64,000 bases of DNA from Patescibacteria group bacterium (lineage in GTDB: Bacteria > Patescibacteriota > Patescibacteriia > UBA10025 > JAHIVO01), in the NCBI GenBank assembly GCA_049325535.1, contig JBMOKY010000001.1, forward strand, positions 749,942 to 813,941, written 5' to 3'. Under the pieces are notes generated by a model. That model made no database searches. It worked only from the letters and a program-made list of their open reading frames with translations, and was not told where the DNA came from. A program made the translations under genes and the position numbers. The stretch's first letter is position 1. Each line of letters begins with the position of its first letter. Positions 1 to 9,359 of the stretch are shown in pieces.

Positions 1-1
1 C

Positions 2-1645
2 ACGATTTACGCAAAAAATGCTTCACTCATCTATAAAGGCACGAAAATAAACATCGTGGATACTCCCGGCCACGCTGATTTCAGTTCGGAAGTCGAGCGA
101 GTGCTGCGCTCCATCGATTCAGTACTACTCATCGTCGACGCTCAAGAAGGACCCATGCCCCAGACCCGCTTTGTCCTAAAAAAATCCCTGCAGATCGGAC
201 TGCACCCCATCGTGGTGCTCAATAAAATCGATAAACCCGCAGCTGATACTGACCGTGCCCACGACCAGGTGCTGGAATTATTCATGGATCTCGGCGCCAA
301 TGATACGCAGCTAGATTTCGTCACACTGTATGCCATCGGCATCGACGGAATCGCCAAGAAAAAACTGACAGATGAAAGCACGGATATGACTCCGCTGCTC
401 GACGCCATCCTGGAGCACGTACCACCTGCGCCGCATGACACCTCGCTGCCCCTGCGTATGCAACCATTTAATCTCGCATATGACGACTACTTGGGGCGTA
501 TGGCAATCGGGCGGATGTATGAAGGTGTGATCACCCAGGGCCAAACGGTGACTATACTGAACACCGGCGGAAACCATCGTCGTGCCACCATCACTAAACT
601 ATTCACCTTCAATGGCTTCGACCGCCAAGTCGTCCAAACCGCCGAAGCCGGCGATATCATCATGATCGCCGGAATCGCTGACATAGACATCGGAGAAACC
701 ATCTGCGCCTCAGAAACGCAGGAACCTCTGCCGGCCATCCTCATCGACGAACCGACCATCGCCCTGGATGTACTGGTAAACAATTCTCCTTTCGCCGGCA
801 GAGAAGGCACCTATGTGACCAATAGCCAGCTTCGCGAGCGTCTGCGCAAAGAGCTCGAAGTAAACGTCGGACTGGCTATTGATTTTTCCGCCAGCGACCG
901 CTACCGCGTCCACGGCCGCGGCGAAATGCATATCGCCATCCTCCTGGAAAACATGCGCCGCGAGGGATATGAAATGCAAATTTCCCAGCCGCAGGTCATC
1001 AGTAAAGAAGTCGACGGTATCCTCTCGGAGCCGTTTGAGGAGGTCACTATCGACATTCCCAGTGAATACGCCGGTACGATCATCGAAAAATTGTCCCAGC
1101 GCGGGGGCGCCATGACCGATCTGCGGCAGCACCAGACGCAATCCCGACTTCTCTTCGAAATCCCCACCCGCGGTCTGCTCGGATATCGTGGGGAATTTGT
1201 GGTGGATACCCGGGGCGAGGGCATCATGGCCTCACGGCTGCTCGGGTTCCGCCCCTATGCCGGCGACATCCGTAAGCGCGCCACCGGTTCCATGGTTTCC
1301 ATGGCCACAGGCAAGGCGCTCGGCTTTTCATTGGACAATTTACAAACCCGGGGCCAGCTGTATATTGGCCCCAATATCGAGGTATATGAGGGTATGGTCA
1401 TCGGAAACGTGTCCAAAGGCGACGACATGACCGTGAATCCGATCAAAGGAAAGCAACTGACCAACATGCGGGCTTCGGGATCAGACGACGCCATCGCGCT
1501 CACCCCGCCGATTGAACTGACTATCGAACGGGGCATGGAAATAATGAATGACGACGAGTACCTGGAAATCACTCCGCGGAGCGTCCGGCTCCGGAAACAG
1601 TTTCTCAAAGCGGTCGACCGAGTACGCGCCTATCGCAAAAAATAA
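2..1645 (+). CDS. typA: Translational GTPase TypA/BipA (5'-truncated by window edge)
   Basis: Frame is open from position 2 (TIYAKN...INIVDTPGHADF); NKID G4 motif; GRGEMHIAILLENMRREGYE; C-terminal LEITPRSVRLRK typical of TypA. Confidence 0.97.
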   Translation, partial: TIYAKNASLIYKGTKINIVDTPGHADFSSEVERVLRSIDSVLLIVDAQEGPMPQTRFVLKKSLQIGLHPIVVLNKIDKPAADTDRAHDQVLELFMDLGANDTQLDFVTLYAIGIDGIAKKKLTDESTDMTPLLDAILEHVPPAPHDTSLPLRMQPFNLAYDDYLGRMAIGRMYEGVITQGQTVTILNTGGNHRRATITKLFTFNGFDRQVVQTAEAGDIIMIAGIADIDIGETICASETQEPLPAILIDEPTIALDVLVNNSPFAGREGTYVTNSQLRERLRKELEVNVGLAIDFSASDRYRVHGRGEMHIAILLENMRREGYEMQISQPQVISKEVDGILSEPFEEVTIDIPSEYAGTIIEKLSQRGGAMTDLRQHQTQSRLLFEIPTRGLLGYRGEFVVDTRGEGIMASRLLGFRPYAGDIRKRATGSMVSMATGKALGFSLDNLQTRGQLYIGPNIEVYEGMVIGNVSKGDDMTVNPIKGKQLTNMRASGSDDAIALTPPIELTIERGMEIMNDDEYLEITPRSVRLRKQFLKAVDRVRAYRKK

Positions 1646-1656
1646 TCATGCTCAAT

Positions 1657-1716
1657 AAAAAAAGGGCGGGATGCGGACATCCAACCCTTCCGGTATGCGC
1701 TTGCGCATACCACCGG
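1657..1716 (-). terminator. Two adjacent hairpins with a minus-strand U-tract, between converging typA and 1717..2202
   Basis: aagggcgggatg-cgga-catccaaccctt next to A7; second hairpin ggtatgcgc-tt-gcgcatacc. Confidence 0.6.
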
Positions 1717-2202
1717 CTATTTACCGAACTGATACGAGTCAGCCGGCAGCTCGACGTACCAATCAGCCGGCAGTTCCATGAGCTCAGGAAACTCCTGGAG
1801 CCCGAGAAAATCATAGTCACTGAGCGTGCGGAGCACCAGCGTGTCATGGTCATACACGCTCTCATACAGCTCCACATACACACAGGTGTACGTGGAATCT
1901 TCGTGGAGCTTGCTCCATAGATCCTCGCGCTCAACTACGAAGCTGCCGTGCGGGCACTCAAACACGATCGCCCGCTTCTCCCGCGTACGGACCGAGGTAA
2001 CGGCCAAGCCGACTCCGATGCCGTCACTTGTCGGATTAAATGTCGGGCCGACGGCGCTGCCGTGAGTAGCGGGGGTATACACCAGCTGTTTGACGACTAC
2101 CGGTTCAGTGAGCAGCGGCGACCGCTCATGTTTTGACTGCCGACAGCCCATACACAGCAGCATACCACTCACCAACGCGACAGAAATCATGATCCGAAAC
2201 AT
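1717..2202 (-). CDS. Hypothetical lipoprotein (161 aa)
   Basis: ATG at 2202 after SD GGAGGG; signal peptide ending LLCMGC; TTGACA-17-TAGACT promoter at 2297..2269. Confidence 0.7.
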   Translation of the reverse strand: MFRIMISVALVSGMLLCMGCRQSKHERSPLLTEPVVVKQLVYTPATHGSAVGPTFNPTSDGIGVGLAVTSVRTREKRAIVFECPHGSFVVEREDLWSKLHEDSTYTCVYVELYESVYDHDTLVLRTLSDYDFLGLQEFPELMELPADWYVELPADSYQFGK

Positions 2203-2397
2203 ACATCCCTCCAGTGCAGAGTTAATAGGATACGATCGAACAATTGCCAATGAACGGTAAAACATAAAAGTCTATCCTAAAATTGCACTTATGTCAAGGG
2301 AAACTCCAGCGACACCCCGCTGGCACGCCATTTGACTACCATCTTTTTTCTATGGCAAGATTGGATTCATCCGGACTAATGTCCTTAACTGCGTTCG

Positions 2398-3252
2398 TTG
2401 AAGTATATGGTATCCCTAAAATTCTTATACAAAGTCACCCGCATAGAGCAGTGCCTCATCGTCAGTTTGAGCACCTGGCTTATTGCCCTGCTCTCGGACG
2501 GGCCGCTGTGGTTTAACCAGCCGAAAATAGCCGCTGGCGTCAGCATGTTTTTCAGTTGCCTCGGCGCCAGCCTCTACCACTACGGACGACGACATGACGT
2601 CTACGCCAAAAAATGGTATGACTTGGTGCTCGTCAACCGTCCGATGTTGCTCATCCTATCCGGAACAATTTCCTTCTGCTGTTCCATCGTCACCGCCGCC
2701 GCATTTCTACCCCCGTTTTGCACATGGATAGCGATTGCCAATTTCATGATTATCATGCTCTACGCGAATTTCCTGGATCAGTACTGGCCATTTAAAAACA
2801 TCGCTATCGCGCTCGTCTGTGTCACCCCGATCATCATGGGTTGGTATTCGGGTCACCGGCTGCACCCTATCGTTCCATTCCTTATCGCGGCAATATTCTG
2901 CGCCTATCTCGCCCGGGAAATCCTCAAGGATATCCAGGATCGCTCGGCAAACCACGGAAAACGATTTACCATGGTGATGTCAATCGGCATCACCGCTTCC
3001 CAGCGGATAGCAGCCGCACTGCTCAGTCTGGCCGCCCTATTTCTCATCGGCGGACTGGTACCACTCGTTGATTCTTCATCCATCGTGCTGACGATCATTG
3101 CCATCCCCTACCTCTGGGGCATTTTCCTGCTCTTCCGCTATGCCCGCTATCTCCTGGCTCCAGCGCCGATCGCCCATCAGTACCGAACCATTGATTTCGG
3201 CATGCTGGCGCTGATGATCTCAACGCTGGGTTTGCGCGTACTGCTGCATTAA
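2398..3252 (+). CDS. UbiA-family prenyltransferase-like membrane protein (DGGGP-synthase-like, degenerate motifs)
   Basis: Multi-TM; REILKDIQD resembles the DGGGPS REIxKDIED motif; FKNIAIA segment; start may be ATG 2407. Confidence 0.7.
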   Translation: MKYMVSLKFLYKVTRIEQCLIVSLSTWLIALLSDGPLWFNQPKIAAGVSMFFSCLGASLYHYGRRHDVYAKKWYDLVLVNRPMLLILSGTISFCCSIVTAAAFLPPFCTWIAIANFMIIMLYANFLDQYWPFKNIAIALVCVTPIIMGWYSGHRLHPIVPFLIAAIFCAYLAREILKDIQDRSANHGKRFTMVMSIGITASQRIAAALLSLAALFLIGGLVPLVDSSSIVLTIIAIPYLWGIFLLFRYARYLLAPAPIAHQYRTIDFGMLALMISTLGLRVLLH

Positions 3253-3256
3253 CCAC

Positions 3257-3286
3257 AAAAAAGAGGGGCATCGTCCGATGCCCCTT
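3257..3286 (-). terminator. Rho-independent terminator hairpin
   Basis: ggggcatc-gtcc-gatgcccc with adjacent A6. Confidence 0.65.
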
Positions 3287-3313
3287 CTCACCTCCACTGA
3301 TAAACAGATGGCG

Positions 3314-3538
3314 CTACCGTTCCCGGTCGAGACTTTCTGCATCAGCATGAGTCGCGGCGGGCGGTTTGATCTCCGGTTCGGCGGCCAGCTCCGCCGCTGA
3401 CTGGCCACGTTCCTGGCCAATCGTCTCCACGAGACTGCGACAGAGCGCATTGAGCGACAGGGCGATACTTGCCATAGGATGCGTCTCAGCACATACATGC
3501 GCTTTTTTGAGCGTGTCTTCGATGCTCGATTCTGACAT
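3314..3538 (-). CDS. Small hypothetical protein (74 aa)
   Basis: SD GAAGGAG; TTGACA-17-TAGTGT upstream; terminator downstream. Confidence 0.65.
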   Translation of the reverse strand: MSESSIEDTLKKAHVCAETHPMASIALSLNALCRSLVETIGQERGQSAAELAAEPEIKPPAATHADAESLDRER

Positions 3539-3640
3539 ACTCGACTCCTTCTCTCCTATAGGATGTGTGCGATAATATTCATGTACATGTCATCAGTCGT
3601 GCCTCACACTACTCCAGTCCAACCATGCTGTCAATATAAA

Positions 3641-3673
3641 AAAATACCCGTCGTCCGATGTGCGAACGACGGG
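3641..3673. repeat. 33-bp terminator-like hairpin repeat, copy 1
   Basis: aaaatacccgtcgtccgatgtgcgaacgacggg, identical to 4637..4669. Confidence 0.9.
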
Positions 3674-3693
3674 AAAAGTGCTCTCATGAACTA

Positions 3694-4542
3694 TTATATC
3701 CGGTATTTCCCGTAGAAAACACCCAGAAACTCCATGATGCCCTGCAGTGCCTGCTCCGTACCGGCTCCTGCATACCGCTCGACATTCGTAACATTGGCAT
3801 CGACGGTCAGCTGCGTCAGGAGGAAGGAAATGTCGCTGTATGACAGCGAATCAAACAGCTCAGCTACCCTGACCGAATCGTTTGGCAGCGCATTCAGCGT
3901 AAATGCTTCCGGACGTCGACCCATGGACAGGACAAGCTGTTCCCGCTCGTCACGGCTCAGAGACACAATCTCTTCCCAGCGACCATCGGTAAACTGATCG
4001 AGGATAATCCGTACCACCATGTGCGCCCGCAGCTCCCCATAGAGCCACTCCGGCGACAGCGGTTCGGAATACGGTTCCTGCCCGGTCACCCAATCAGACG
4101 CGTGCTGCAGCTCGTGCGCCAGAAACAGTCCCCGGGAAATGCGGGAGAAATCACCATCACAGAGCGAAAGCGCCCGCGTATCCATGTCAAAAGTTGCGGC
4201 GACCACAGCGGTATTGTGAGCTACAGACACTGATTCAGGATGCACCCACACATAGAAATACGTCAGCGCCCGACTCGAATCCACAGTGAGCAGATCGCCA
4301 TTTGCCAGACGGGTCGCCGGCACGGCATTCAAATCGTAGAATGCCAATATTGATTTCGCCACCTCGCTCTGGTGCGCCAGCCAAACCAGACTTTCATGTG
4401 CCCGAGTGAGCACAGCTCGCTCATGCGCAGTCAGCGTCGGCTGTACTGGCACTTCGGGCAGGTCAGGCTGATCAGAGCTGCATCCGGCCATGATAACCAC
4501 GGCCACCACACAGAGTAAACACATGACAACGTGCTTTTTCAA
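3694..4542 (-). CDS. Lipoprotein with HExxH zinc-metallopeptidase-like motif
   Basis: TTG start after GGAGGT; lipobox IMAGC; LAHELQH with a downstream Glu (YGELRAH). Confidence 0.75.
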   Translation of the reverse strand: MKKHVVMCLLCVVAVVIMAGCSSDQPDLPEVPVQPTLTAHERAVLTRAHESLVWLAHQSEVAKSILAFYDLNAVPATRLANGDLLTVDSSRALTYFYVWVHPESVSVAHNTAVVAATFDMDTRALSLCDGDFSRISRGLFLAHELQHASDWVTGQEPYSEPLSPEWLYGELRAHMVVRIILDQFTDGRWEEIVSLSRDEREQLVLSMGRRPEAFTLNALPNDSVRVAELFDSLSYSDISFLLTQLTVDANVTNVERYAGAGTEQALQGIMEFLGVFYGKYRI

Positions 4543-4636
4543 AGATACCTCCGGATAAAACGGTTGTTTTGGTTTTATTTTTTACACCCGAGTCTAGCAC
4601 AAAGTGCAAAAAAGTCAAGGCTGTCGCTTGCCATAG

Positions 4637-4669
4637 AAAATACCCGTCGTCCGATGTGCGAACGACGGG
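4637..4669. repeat. 33-bp terminator-like hairpin repeat, copy 2
   Basis: Identical to 3641..3673. Confidence 0.9.
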
Positions 4670-4695
4670 TAAAACTCACTGAACGATATGCGAGA

Positions 4696-5835
4696 TCAAA
4701 CCTTCACCAGCTGATCAGGATTCAAGCCCTGCAGCCGCTCCGGGACAAAAATGCCATCCTTTCGGATGAGCACCCCATCGAGCCAGATCTCGCCTCCGCC
4801 GAATTCCGGGCGCTGGATGCAGACGATATCCCAATGAATAGCGCTGTTGTTCCCGTTTTCGGCGGGCGTACCGGTATAGGACTGGCCGGGAGTGAGATGA
4901 AACGACCCGGCGATCTTCTCATCGAAGAGCGTCTCACCGATCGGCAGCCGGATGTGGGGATTCAACCCGAAGGCAAACTCCCCGAAATACCGCGCGCCAG
5001 CATCGGTATCCAGGAAGTCATTCAGACGACGTACGTCGCCCGAACCACAGGTCGCTTCCATGATCCGACCCTTTTCCACCACGAAACGGACATTCTCGAA
5101 GCGCTGACCCTCCTTGGTCACGGTCACGGTATTGTACTGAATGACACCCTCCATCGACTCGCGCACCGGAGCGGTATAGACCTCCCCATCGGGAATGTTC
5201 CGCTTGCCGTCACACTTGACGGCACCGATACCGGCGATACTGAATCGCAGGTCAGTCTCGCCCGGACCCTTGATCTGTACCTCTGCGGCCTCATTCACCA
5301 GGTCAAACAGCGGATCCATGGCCCGGGACATGCGATCGTAGTCGAGCAGGACGGTATTCATGTAGTAATCGTAGAAAGCCGACTGGCTCATGCCGGCCAG
5401 CTGGGCCATTCCCGGCGTCCACATACGCGTCAGTATCCAACGCGTATGCTGAATGCGCTGATCCTGCAGATGCTTGCCCATGCCGGTCGACACCATACGC
5501 ATCTGCTCCTTCGGCACATCGGCCAATTCGTACATGTTGTCAAAACCCCGGAAGACAATGAACACCTGCGTGGCCATCGCCTGATTCAGGGGGCCGACGT
5601 GACACACCCGCTCAGCATGGGGCGTCAGCTGCATGTTCACCTTCCGGGTAATCCGGTCGTTACCGAGCCAGACCGAGGCAACGGTTCCACCAGCCCGGTT
5701 GACCGAATCGATGACCGCCTCGATCATCTCGATCGGCGTGCCGTCATTCGCCTGAATGATGACCAGTTCGCCCTTTTTCACCTCGGTGCAATAATTGACC
5801 AATTGGTCGGCGAATTGTGAAATCCTCGAATCCAT
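4696..5835 (-). CDS. Aminopeptidase, M29 (AmpS/AmpT) family
   Basis: NIPDGEVYTAP, GARYFGEFAFG, LFDEKIAGSFHLTPGQSY, SAIHWDIV motifs; start set at ATG 5835. Confidence 0.93.
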   Translation of the reverse strand: MDSRISQFADQLVNYCTEVKKGELVIIQANDGTPIEMIEAVIDSVNRAGGTVASVWLGNDRITRKVNMQLTPHAERVCHVGPLNQAMATQVFIVFRGFDNMYELADVPKEQMRMVSTGMGKHLQDQRIQHTRWILTRMWTPGMAQLAGMSQSAFYDYYMNTVLLDYDRMSRAMDPLFDLVNEAAEVQIKGPGETDLRFSIAGIGAVKCDGKRNIPDGEVYTAPVRESMEGVIQYNTVTVTKEGQRFENVRFVVEKGRIMEATCGSGDVRRLNDFLDTDAGARYFGEFAFGLNPHIRLPIGETLFDEKIAGSFHLTPGQSYTGTPAENGNNSAIHWDIVCIQRPEFGGGEIWLDGVLIRKDGIFVPERLQGLNPDQLVKV

Positions 5836-6016
5836 GAAATACACTCTCTTTCCCCTCTCGTCATGAGAGGTGTTTTTTGTATAAATAACCCTTTTGATTG
5901 TTGGTTTTTCTAATCCTGCTATCTTATACCACCACTTCCCCGCTGGCAAGTATAAAAAAACCGCTCGCAGACACGTGTCCACGAGCGGGTAATAGGGTTT
6001 GGTAGAAGGAACAAAT

Positions 6017-7078
6017 TTACTTGTTTTTTGGGACGAGCCACCAATAGCAGCCCGACAGATAATAGTGGCAGAGCTCCCCGGCCACTTTCGGCAGGTACTC
6101 CGGTTTTTTCAGCCGGATAGTGATAACGGCGTTTTCCTCCAGATACACGCCCTGATCCCCCACCCACTCGACCAGATACTTCTGGCCATAGGTGGAGAAG
6201 TAGAATTCCTGACCACCGGCAGTGATCGAGAATTCTTTATCCGTTGGTTTCGGATCCTTCCGCAATCGGTCGAATCCGATCACGCGGTACCACCCGGCGG
6301 GATTTCGTAACTGAACGGTCGCACTATAGTGCTCCCAATCAATTTCCCAGCAGGCCGTATCGCAGAACGCGTCCACCGGGACATAGATCGTGATAGTCAC
6401 CGTATCGACTATCGGCACGTAAATGGTGTCCGGCGGCAAATACAACGTATCTGTCTCATGGACAAATACGGTATCGTGTACCACGTACGGTACAAGTACC
6501 GTGTCGATCACGATAATCGTGTCGAAGACATGGGTAGTGTCGTGCGCCCACTGCCAGACAGTATCACCCGGCAGAAACACGATGACGGTATCATGGATAT
6601 ACATGGGTACAAACGTAGTGTCGATCAGCGTAACCGTATCGACCACTACCACTGTCACGGTGTCCGGCGGTACAGTAACCGTAATCGTGTCGGGAGGCAA
6701 TACCACCGTATCCGGGGGCAAATAGACGCTGTCCAGCGGCACGCACTGCATGGCCACGAGGACAGAATCACGCGCTCCGGCAGCGTCCTGGACATATGCC
6801 CAAAACGGATATCGGCCGACTTCGGTAGGGACAAATGTCGCCGCCAGCTTTTCACTGACCGTTTCATGGCCGTATTTCCATACGGTCTGGTAGGGGGCTT
6901 TTCCGCCCTCCGGCTGCATGTACAGCCCGACGCCATACCCCACCGGAATAGTGTCCGGCAAAGCAAAGGCGCGAAGCTGCAGTGGCGTCGCCGTCGGTGC
7001 GGTCGGCAGTTTCTCGGCACAGCTGACGATGATAATCGCCAGTACGGCAATCACGAGTACGGCATACATGCGCTTCAC
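6017..7078 (-). CDS. Lipoprotein with PKD-like domain and long D-T-x repeat stalk
   Basis: Lipobox IIVSC; GGKAPYQTVW PKD-like segment; about 18 D(S/T)(V/I/T/L/A) motifs; GTG start overlaps the upstream stop; SD AAGGAGGTGA. Confidence 0.8.
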   Translation of the reverse strand: MKRMYAVLVIAVLAIIIVSCAEKLPTAPTATPLQLRAFALPDTIPVGYGVGLYMQPEGGKAPYQTVWKYGHETVSEKLAATFVPTEVGRYPFWAYVQDAAGARDSVLVAMQCVPLDSVYLPPDTVVLPPDTITVTVPPDTVTVVVVDTVTLIDTTFVPMYIHDTVIVFLPGDTVWQWAHDTTHVFDTIIVIDTVLVPYVVHDTVFVHETDTLYLPPDTIYVPIVDTVTITIYVPVDAFCDTACWEIDWEHYSATVQLRNPAGWYRVIGFDRLRKDPKPTDKEFSITAGGQEFYFSTYGQKYLVEWVGDQGVYLEENAVITIRLKKPEYLPKVAGELCHYYLSGCYWWLVPKNK

Positions 7079-8049
7079 TGGTCACCTCCTTTGACGGCGG
7101 TGAAGAGCGAAACCCCGAGATAGACCCCGTGGTCCCAGTCGACACGATCGACGCCTCGGACGGAAATTTCCGCCAGGGCGTATTTCGCGGTGACGCCGAG
7201 ATGTCGGTAGACATAGCGCAATCCGAATGTCGGACCCTCGCGCTTCTCGGCATAGCGACCGTATGCGGTCGCATACGCCTCAAACCGCTGCCAGCCGACG
7301 AGCGCGTCCCAATGATGATTGAGCCACGGACGCCAGGCGAGTCCGACGTGCACATACCGGTAGTGAAGCTTCAGTTTTTCCTGAAAAGTCCGATCGTGCC
7401 GATACAGGGAATGACCGCCTTCAGCTTCAAAGCGCAAGCGGTCGTTCCCGAGCTGACCAAAAACGAACGGCACAAATTCCTCGCCGACATATGCCAGTCC
7501 GAGCCCGAGCCAGGCATTTGAGATGATGCGGTGGTGCGGTGTCGTATCACACACATAGACTGTGTCAGGCTCCGACACATCAGCCACTGCTCCGTGTTCC
7601 AGTCCAGAGACGCTCGCCGCCATCAGACGGATAGTCACATACCGTCGGACGGTACCCGTATCGTTCTCCACGGCCGTCGCGGTACTGTAGACTCTGGCCA
7701 TGTCGGCACCGTATAACTCCAGAATCGTGGAACCCGTGACGTTTCGTTCCTCCGAAACAACCACATTGTTCTTGATGTGGTTTGCGCGATAGCGGACGCC
7801 GTCGGCGTTGCTCTTCACGCTGATCAGCAGTGACTGATTTGCATTGAACCGATCGACGATCCGCCGGATGTCCGCATCTTGCCCCTGCATGATGCGATCG
7901 AGCGCCCCCATACCTTCGTTCCGACCGAAAGTGACCGTCACCGAATCGATGGCGGAGAACTCGATCATGGGAGAATCGGCTCTGGCCGGCTCCGGACTGA
8001 TCAATGTGATGATGCACAACATACCGACGGCGCATGCCAAACGTTTCAT
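7075..8049 (-). CDS. Secreted protein: N-terminal OmpA-like domain plus C-terminal beta-barrel-like domain
   Basis: Signal peptide ending ARA; pattern ISVKSNAD...NVVVSEER...LELYGADMARV...RRYVTIRL follows OmpA_C; C-half has alternating aromatic/hydrophobic strands ending VYLGVSLF. Confidence 0.65.
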   Translation of the reverse strand: MKRLACAVGMLCIITLISPEPARADSPMIEFSAIDSVTVTFGRNEGMGALDRIMQGQDADIRRIVDRFNANQSLLISVKSNADGVRYRANHIKNNVVVSEERNVTGSTILELYGADMARVYSTATAVENDTGTVRRYVTIRLMAASVSGLEHGAVADVSEPDTVYVCDTTPHHRIISNAWLGLGLAYVGEEFVPFVFGQLGNDRLRFEAEGGHSLYRHDRTFQEKLKLHYRYVHVGLAWRPWLNHHWDALVGWQRFEAYATAYGRYAEKREGPTFGLRYVYRHLGVTAKYALAEISVRGVDRVDWDHGVYLGVSLFTAVKGGDQ

Positions 8050-8174
8050 GAACTACCTCCTTGGTAGATTTGATGGGTGAACAGGTTGTCAAAGTAACAT
8101 ATACTAGTCTAAGTATCCCAATCTGTTTGGATTGGAATATCGAAGTGTACTCCAATCGGTGAAAATGTCAAGAT

Positions 8175-8209
8175 AAAAAACACCCGCCGCTCGATGAACG
8201 AACGACGGG
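8175..8209. repeat. Diverged third copy of the hairpin repeat
   Basis: cccgccgctcgatgaacgaacgacggg versus cccgtcgtccgatgtgcgaacgacggg; A-tract on the same side. Confidence 0.7.
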
Positions 8210-8227
8210 ATGAGTAAGAAGAACGGG

Positions 8228-8431
8228 TCACCCGTGGATGATCTCGACCTGATGGTGGTCGAGGATCCGGGCGATTTGCCGCTGCTGGTCGGCTGTCAGT
8301 TGAACGGCCGAAAGCTCGGCGATCACCGCGGTGGTTTCCGGAACGGAAACCAATTTCGAGAACAGATTGACAACCGTGACCAGGTCAGCGGGTGTCCGCT
8401 CTGCCTCGGAACCAACGATACAAAGGGACAT
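8228..8431 (-). CDS. Small hypothetical protein (67 aa)
   Basis: ATG 8431 after GGAGG; TTGACA-17-TATCAT upstream; hairpin downstream. Confidence 0.6.
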   Translation of the reverse strand: MSLCIVGSEAERTPADLVTVVNLFSKLVSVPETTAVIAELSAVQLTADQQRQIARILDHHQVEIIHG

Positions 8432-8560
8432 ATGTCCTCCGATGAAGATGTGATGTGCGCAACTGTCAATGACGTGAGATGATAGCACGACTGGCATAGA
8501 CTGTCAATATCGCTGATAGCCACGGACGATGTCGCTCGGAAAATCCAGTGCGACTGGCGG

Positions 8561-9211
8561 TCAGTCGGACTGACGCAGACGAAAAATTACATCTGCATAG
8601 TCGGTGGCGCCGAAAATGACGCTCCCGGCTACGAGCATATCAGCTCCTGCAGTAATTATCTGACTGGCGTTATCCGGCTTCACCCCGCCATCGACGGAGA
8701 TGAGTGTGGCCAGCCCGCGCTGGTTGATACCCTGGCGGAGTTTCCGGATTTTCTCGACACAGCCGGGGATGAGCGCCTGACCGCCAAAACCAGGATTGAC
8801 GGTCATGACCAGCACCAGATCGATCAGCGGCAGTACCTCATCCAGAACCCCGATCGGTGTGGCTGGATTGATAGCCACGCCTGCCTGCGTACCAGCCTCC
8901 CTGATGCGCTGGATGGTCCGATGCAGATGCGGACATCGTTCCTGATGGACTGTCACATAGTCTGAACCAGCCTTGAGGTACTCATCGAGCAGATAATCCG
9001 GATTATCCACCATCAGATGGACGTCCAATGGCAGCCGGGTAAACTCTCGAACCGAACGGATCACCGGCGGGCCAAATGTCAGATTCGGCACAAAATGCCC
9101 ATCCATCACATCCAGATGCAGTAGATCGGCTCCGGCCCGTTCAATTGCCGAGATTTCTTCGGCGAGCCGGACGAAATTCGCCGACAGTAACGACGGAGCA
9201 ATGCGTACCAT
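8561..9211 (-). CDS. rpe: Ribulose-phosphate 3-epimerase
   Basis: IAPSLLSANF, HLDVMDGHFVPNLTFG, DVHLM, MTVNPGFGGQ, VDGG. Confidence 0.97.
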   Translation of the reverse strand: MVRIAPSLLSANFVRLAEEISAIERAGADLLHLDVMDGHFVPNLTFGPPVIRSVREFTRLPLDVHLMVDNPDYLLDEYLKAGSDYVTVHQERCPHLHRTIQRIREAGTQAGVAINPATPIGVLDEVLPLIDLVLVMTVNPGFGGQALIPGCVEKIRKLRQGINQRGLATLISVDGGVKPDNASQIITAGADMLVAGSVIFGATDYADVIFRLRQSD

Positions 9212-9359
9212 AGGTACACCTCCTCTTCAAAAAGTGAAAAAGTGCTTTATTCAATTTAGTCTATTACCGTACCCCACTTTAATCTCTTTGGCAAATGATA
9301 AAAAATCCCCCACTCCGATTGCGGAATGGGGGCGATAGTAGCGGCGGCTGTCACGGAGG

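Noticed and set aside
3641-4669. 33-bp repeats as a CRISPR array or integron attC sites
   Set aside because: About 1 kb apart with a gene between them; no cas or integrase gene; no RYYYAAC/GTTRRRY ends
4531-5820. 429-aa plus-strand ORF
   Set aside because: Antisense shadow of the M29 aminopeptidase; no motifs or SD
6329-7123. 264-aa His/Arg/Asp-rich plus-strand ORF
   Set aside because: Antisense reading of the DT-repeat gene; its repetitiveness is inherited from that gene
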